From: Chrysochromulina tobinii
Taxonomy: Eukaryota
DNA: 64,000 bases
Direction of reading: 5' to 3'
NCBI GenBank assembly: GCA_001275005.1
Contig: JWZX01003263.1
Coordinates: 1 to 64,000 of the forward strand
A model generated the notes under the pieces. The model worked only from the letters and a program-made list of their open reading frames with translations, was not told the origin of the DNA and did no database searches. The stretch's first letter is position 1. Every line of letters starts with the position of its first letter. Below, piece by piece: positions 60,020 to 64,000 of this stretch. The position numbers were made by a program, and so were the translations under genes.

Positions 60020-62155
60020 CTACAATACCAACACAAATCCACTCCGGCCCTTCACCGCATCTCGCACCGCTTTTTTTCCTGCTTTTCCTATGTCGTTGTA
60101 CTCGAGGTCGAGCTTGGTCAGGACCGCGTTGACCTTCAGAGCCTTCGCAAACGCCTTGGCTCCCTTGTCCCCGATGTTGTCGCATCCGACCATGGGGTTG
60201 TCGTTGCCGTTGCGTCCGAGGGAGAGGGTGGTCACCACCGCGTTGACCTTCAGCGCCTCCGCGATCGCTATGGCACCATCATCGCTGATAGAGTTGACCT
60301 GCAGGTTCACCGAGGTCAACACCGCGTTGACCTTGAGCGCCTCCGCAATCGCCTTGGCACCCTCATCCCCGATCTTGTTGCTGATCAGGCCCACGGTGGT
60401 CAGGACAGCGTTGACCTTCAGCACCTCCGAGATCGCGATGGCTCCCTCGTCCCCGATGTAGTTCTGGTACAGGAGCAGGGTGGTCACCACCGCGTTGACC
60501 TTCAGCGCCTCCGCGATCGCCTTGGCACCCTCCGCACGGATCTTGTTCTCGTCCAGGCGCAGGGTGGTCAAGACCGCGTTGACCTTCAGAGCCTCTGCGA
60601 TCGCCTTGGCACCCTCTGGACCGATGTTGTTGTGAATCAAGTCTAGGGTGGTCAGGACCGCGTTGACCTTAAGTGCCTCTGCTATCGCGATGGCTCCCTT
60701 GTCCCCGATGCCGATCGCCTTGGCACCCTCAACCACGATGGAGTTGTACCCGAGGTTGAGGGTGGTCAAGACCGCGTTGACCTTCAGCGCCTCCGCGATT
60801 GCGATGGCACCCTCATCCCCGATGGAGTTGTACCCGAGGTAGAGGGAGGTCACCACCGCGTTGACCTTAAGCGCTTCCGCGATCGTGATTGCTCCCTCGT
60901 CCCCAAACTGGTTGTGTCCGAGGACGAGGGTGGCCCCCCCCGCGTTGACCTTGAGCGCCTCGCCGAGTGACGATGCGCCCTCCGGACCGATGTTGTTTCT
61001 GGAGAGGTCGAGCGTCCTCAAGGCCACAAAGCGGGGCAGCACCTCGCACAGCTCGACGACGTCGGCGGCGCCCCACTCGAGCCCTTGGAACTCGAGCTCG
61101 CCAACGTTGGTGACCTTGCCGAAGAAGGTCGCGTACAGGTCCGCGACCTTGCTCACGTCGGACGAGTTGGTGAAGCGCTTCTCCGTCTGCAGCAGGCGCC
61201 GGACCGTTTCCGGCGATGGCGGCGGCGGCCGACGCCGCGCGCACACGCGCGCGAGTATGTAGTCGGCTTCATCCCACGGCATCCCGGGCCCGTAGGCGCA
61301 CGCCATCGCCAGCACCGTACGCTTGGCGAGGTCGAGGCGCAGGAAGCCGGGCTTGATGGCGGCGCTGATGGCGGCCTCGACGTAGCACCAGCCCGAGTCC
61401 TCATACGTCTCCGCGAGGGGCGGCTCGCTCGCCCGCATCCGCGCCGCAAACCCCTCGGGCAGCTCGCTCTGCATCCACACGACGGTGCGCGCGTGGCCAT
61501 ACCACACATTGGAGTTCTGCAGGCCCTTGGGGAAGAGCTTTGCCTCGGCGTCGGTGCGCGGCGGCTGGTGCAGGCTCGCATAATCCCAGAACAGCGCGAA
61601 CTCGGGGAGGCCGAGCCCGTGCTTCCGGAACGCCGCGGTGAGCTGCGACTTAAGTTTCCCCCCCCTCGGGTCGAGGTAGAGCTTGGCGACCGACGCCACG
61701 ATGCCGAGGTGGAAGCCGTCGGGGTCGGGGTGCTCCTTTGTGAGCCACCGGTACGACAGCGCGACGAAGAGCACGCCAAAGTCGTCGCCCAGCGCCAGCG
61801 CGACCCTCCGCAGCTCGCCCGCCGACCAAAAGGCCTCGGGCGGAAGGTCCTGCCGGCGCGAGAGGCGGCCGCCGCGCTTGTGCAGGCCGACGAGCCAGGT
61901 GCCCTTCACCGCCGCGATCGCGCCGCTCTCCACCGATGCGAGCAGCGTCTCAACGTCAAAGTAGGGGTTCGGTGCGGCGGCGGCGGCGCTCGCGACGCTC
62001 GTCTGCGACTGGGCCGTGGGCGGCCCGCCTTGTGTTACTTTTTTCGGAGTTCGACCTCCTCGGAGGACTCGGCGGAGGACTCGTCGGAGCACAGCGCGAA
62101 TCGTGGTGGCCTCTGTCGAGGTGGAGGAGGAGCCTTTCGAGTTGGAGGCGCCCAT
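60020..62155 (-). CDS. HET-like domain + ribonuclease-inhibitor-type LRR (NLRC3-like) protein with N-myristoylation motif
   Basis: MGASNS; ALSYRW..KEHPDPDG, FWDYASLHQ, SGWCYVE; ~11 x 28-aa AIAEALKVNAVLTTL.L..N.IG.EGA repeats. Confidence 0.85.
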   Translation of the reverse strand: MGASNSKGSSSTSTEATTIRAVLRRVLRRVLRGGRTPKKVTQGGPPTAQSQTSVASAAAAAPNPYFDVETLLASVESGAIAAVKGTWLVGLHKRGGRLSRRQDLPPEAFWSAGELRRVALALGDDFGVLFVALSYRWLTKEHPDPDGFHLGIVASVAKLYLDPRGGKLKSQLTAAFRKHGLGLPEFALFWDYASLHQPPRTDAEAKLFPKGLQNSNVWYGHARTVVWMQSELPEGFAARMRASEPPLAETYEDSGWCYVEAAISAAIKPGFLRLDLAKRTVLAMACAYGPGMPWDEADYILARVCARRRPPPPSPETVRRLLQTEKRFTNSSDVSKVADLYATFFGKVTNVGELEFQGLEWGAADVVELCEVLPRFVALRTLDLSRNNIGPEGASSLGEALKVNAGGATLVLGHNQFGDEGAITIAEALKVNAVVTSLYLGYNSIGDEGAIAIAEALKVNAVLTTLNLGYNSIVVEGAKAIGIGDKGAIAIAEALKVNAVLTTLDLIHNNIGPEGAKAIAEALKVNAVLTTLRLDENKIRAEGAKAIAEALKVNAVVTTLLLYQNYIGDEGAIAISEVLKVNAVLTTVGLISNKIGDEGAKAIAEALKVNAVLTSVNLQVNSISDDGAIAIAEALKVNAVVTTLSLGRNGNDNPMVGCDNIGDKGAKAFAKALKVNAVLTKLDLEYNDIGKAGKKAVRDAVKGRSGFVLVL

Positions 62156-62322
62156 GTTGATTTGCCTTTGATGAACTTTCGTACTAAGTTGAACCTCGAT
62201 TAATTAACGAAACGTTGGCTTTCTGAACAAAATCTAGCGTTCTAGCTTCTAGGTCCGGGTGAATCCACGACGTCATCTTCGACGCATGGAACCCCAGTAT
62301 ACCCGCAGACTTCAATCTTCTA

Positions 62323-63205
62323 CTATCTACTTCTATCCATGCGATGCAATCCCATCAGCAGTTCGCCTCGAGACATCGCTACGCAACAGCCGCCTATCCG
62401 AACTGCTCCGACGCCGTCTGCCAGCCGCTCCGCCTCTGCCCGCAGCTCGCTCGGCCGCCCCATCTCCACCCCCTGAACGACACGTGCCCTCACGAGCGCG
62501 GCGGAGCAGCCTGGTGGCGGCGCCAGGCTGGCGAGCACGCCTGCGAGGCAAGCGTTCGCCGCGCCCGTGCCGGCGTCTTCGGTGCCGTTCGCGCGGTGCA
62601 TCCGCGCCCGAATCTGGTGCACCACGCCGCCGGCGCCCTCGCCTTTCTCAGTGCCTGTGTGCGTGTAGAGCAGCACCTTAGGCGGCACCGCGGCGAGAGC
62701 ACACAGCTCCTCAAACGCGGCAGGCGCGCCGCGCGAGCGCGCGAGCGCATCGAGGCTCGCGCATTCGGCCACGATAAAGGGCAGGCCCGTGGTGGCCACG
62801 AGCGGCGGATGGTTGGACACGACCAGCTCCGAAGGCTCGAGACTGACGGCCGCGGCAACGTCCTTGACGGGCAGCGATGGCACGGGCAGAGAAAACGGCT
62901 CGGGCGCTGTCAGCATCGCACCCGTGGGCTGGCCGGCGGCATCGTGCAGGATGTTGAGGAGCACGAGGCCGGCCTTCTCCTCAAACCGCACGGTGTGGCC
63001 CACCGGCCGACCCATGAAGTTGCCGCGCCAGGCGAGCGCAGTAGCCGTGCCCACGTTCGGATGGCCTGCAAAGGGCATCTCATAGGTCGGCGAGAAGATT
63101 CGAACGTGCGCGGTGTTTGCCTCGTCGCTTGGCGGCAGCACGAAGGTGGTCTCCGAGTAGCCGAATTCGGCCGCGATGCTCTGCATCTGTGCAGCGGTCA
63201 GCTGC
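62323..63205 (-). CDS. PhzF-family isomerase/epimerase; N-terminus missing or on an unidentified exon
   Basis: MQSIAAEFGYSETTFV, VRIFSP..EMPFAGHPNVG, EDAGTGAAN, QGVEMGRPS, VRIGG. Confidence 0.8.
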
Positions 63206-63327
63206 TTCTCCCGATCTCCGGGCCGTCTTTCGCCGTCAGGCGGGCGCTCGCAGTCTTCGCCCCCATCCCCTAGCAAGCGCGAGGCCGAGCGGGCCTCAAG
63301 CTGGGTCAGCGTTGACCAACGTCGTGC

Positions 63328-63455
63328 TCCACACGCACTATACCACAGTCGTTGGGCGAATCCCCAACAACTCTCCCTCCACACGCACTATACCACAGTC
63401 GTTGGGCGAATCCCCAACAACTCTCCCTCCACACGCACTATACCACAGTCGTTGG
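63328..63455. repeat. 51-bp tandem repeat (~2.5 copies) with an internal hairpin
   Basis: CACGCACTATACCACAGTCGTTGGG at 63332, 63383 and 63434; GTTGGG-CGAATC-CCCAAC stem-loop. Confidence 0.85.
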
Positions 63456-63567
63456 GCTCTTCATCGCCTTCTTCAACAAAACGCAGGCCAGGTGCTGCCC
63501 AGCAAGCAGCTTCGCCTCCCACTCCAGGCTCTGAGATTCGTGCGCCGCCTTCGGTGCAGATCCTGCC

Positions 63568-63837
63568 TCAGCCGCCTTCTCCGCCGCAAGTACCTTCTTC
63601 TTCACCATCTTCAGCGCCCTCGAAGTCCTCGACGTTGAAGTCCTGCGCTGCCTTCCACGCGTGCCACATCGTATCCGTCGGCGAGTATACGCGGTAGTAG
63701 GTGACAAAGTCGTCGTAGTAGTCGAACATGTACATAACTGGCCCAGCACCGGTGACCCAGCCAGCGTCGACGTTGTCGCCCGCCTCGGTGAGGAGGTCGG
63801 ACTCCGTCTCGCTGTAGTCCGGGTCGATGTCCGCCAT
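63568..63837 (-). CDS. Small acidic hypothetical protein
   Basis: ORF MADIDPDYSETE... with coding-like codon pattern. Confidence 0.35.
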   Translation of the reverse strand: MADIDPDYSETESDLLTEAGDNVDAGWVTGAGPVMYMFDYYDDFVTYYRVYSPTDTMWHAWKAAQDFNVEDFEGAEDGEEEGTCGGEGG

Positions 63838-64000
63838 CAATCGGATTGATTTCGGTGCATCACCGCAACGTTAATTTCATGGACACTTTCGTATCAGCCC
63901 AGGGGGGGTTAACCTGGCACACGTTGTGTCGTTTGAGTTGTGTCTACCGTACATCACATGAGATCAAAGTGTTCAACTGATCGTGTCAACAATTGCCCCG

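Noticed and set aside
59456..60646. 396-aa plus-strand ORF with repeats
   Set aside because: Antisense of the LRR repeats.
63328..63455. CRISPR-like repeats with a hairpin
   Set aside because: The intervening sequences are identical (plain 51-bp tandem repeat), there are no cas genes, and the context is eukaryotic.
1..64000. rRNA/tRNA genes, operons or prokaryotic defence systems
   Set aside because: None recognised by eye; the intron-containing eukaryotic organisation argues against prokaryotic systems. tRNAscan and Infernal were not run.

Overview
GC-rich, gene-dense eukaryotic nuclear DNA with spliceosomal introns. It is most likely an alga; intron style and gene families suggest a haptophyte such as Chrysochromulina (inference). 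About 22 protein-coding loci can be supported: a GT32 glycosyltransferase, an 8-repeat acylated annexin, two cyclic-nucleotide-binding channels, a convergent PH-like paralog pair, a BtaB-type methyltransferase, GT8-like and GT4-like enzymes, an SH3b/SAM/TPR protein, a Cu-monooxygenase-like secreted protein, a Sel1-RING protein, a beta-propeller receptor kinase, a double-PH protein, a mitochondrial-carrier-family protein, a HET-LRR protein and PhzF. There is also a ~3 kb TA-flanked non-autonomous TIR element. The most striking signal is intron architecture. Many introns are a copy of adjacent exon sequence (6-27 nt, sometimes longer), then a sense-oriented ~10-nt CTGATGACCT/CTGATTGCCT tandem filler, then a CCTCATCAG acceptor. 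Some are stacked in tandem with internal AG|GT junctions, and related duplication-plus-filler events also occur in-frame in exons. This looks like a duplication-and-filler intron-birth mechanism caught at several stages of decay. Several single-base frameshifts probably reflect assembly errors. Exon boundaries were read by eye and may be off by a few bases.
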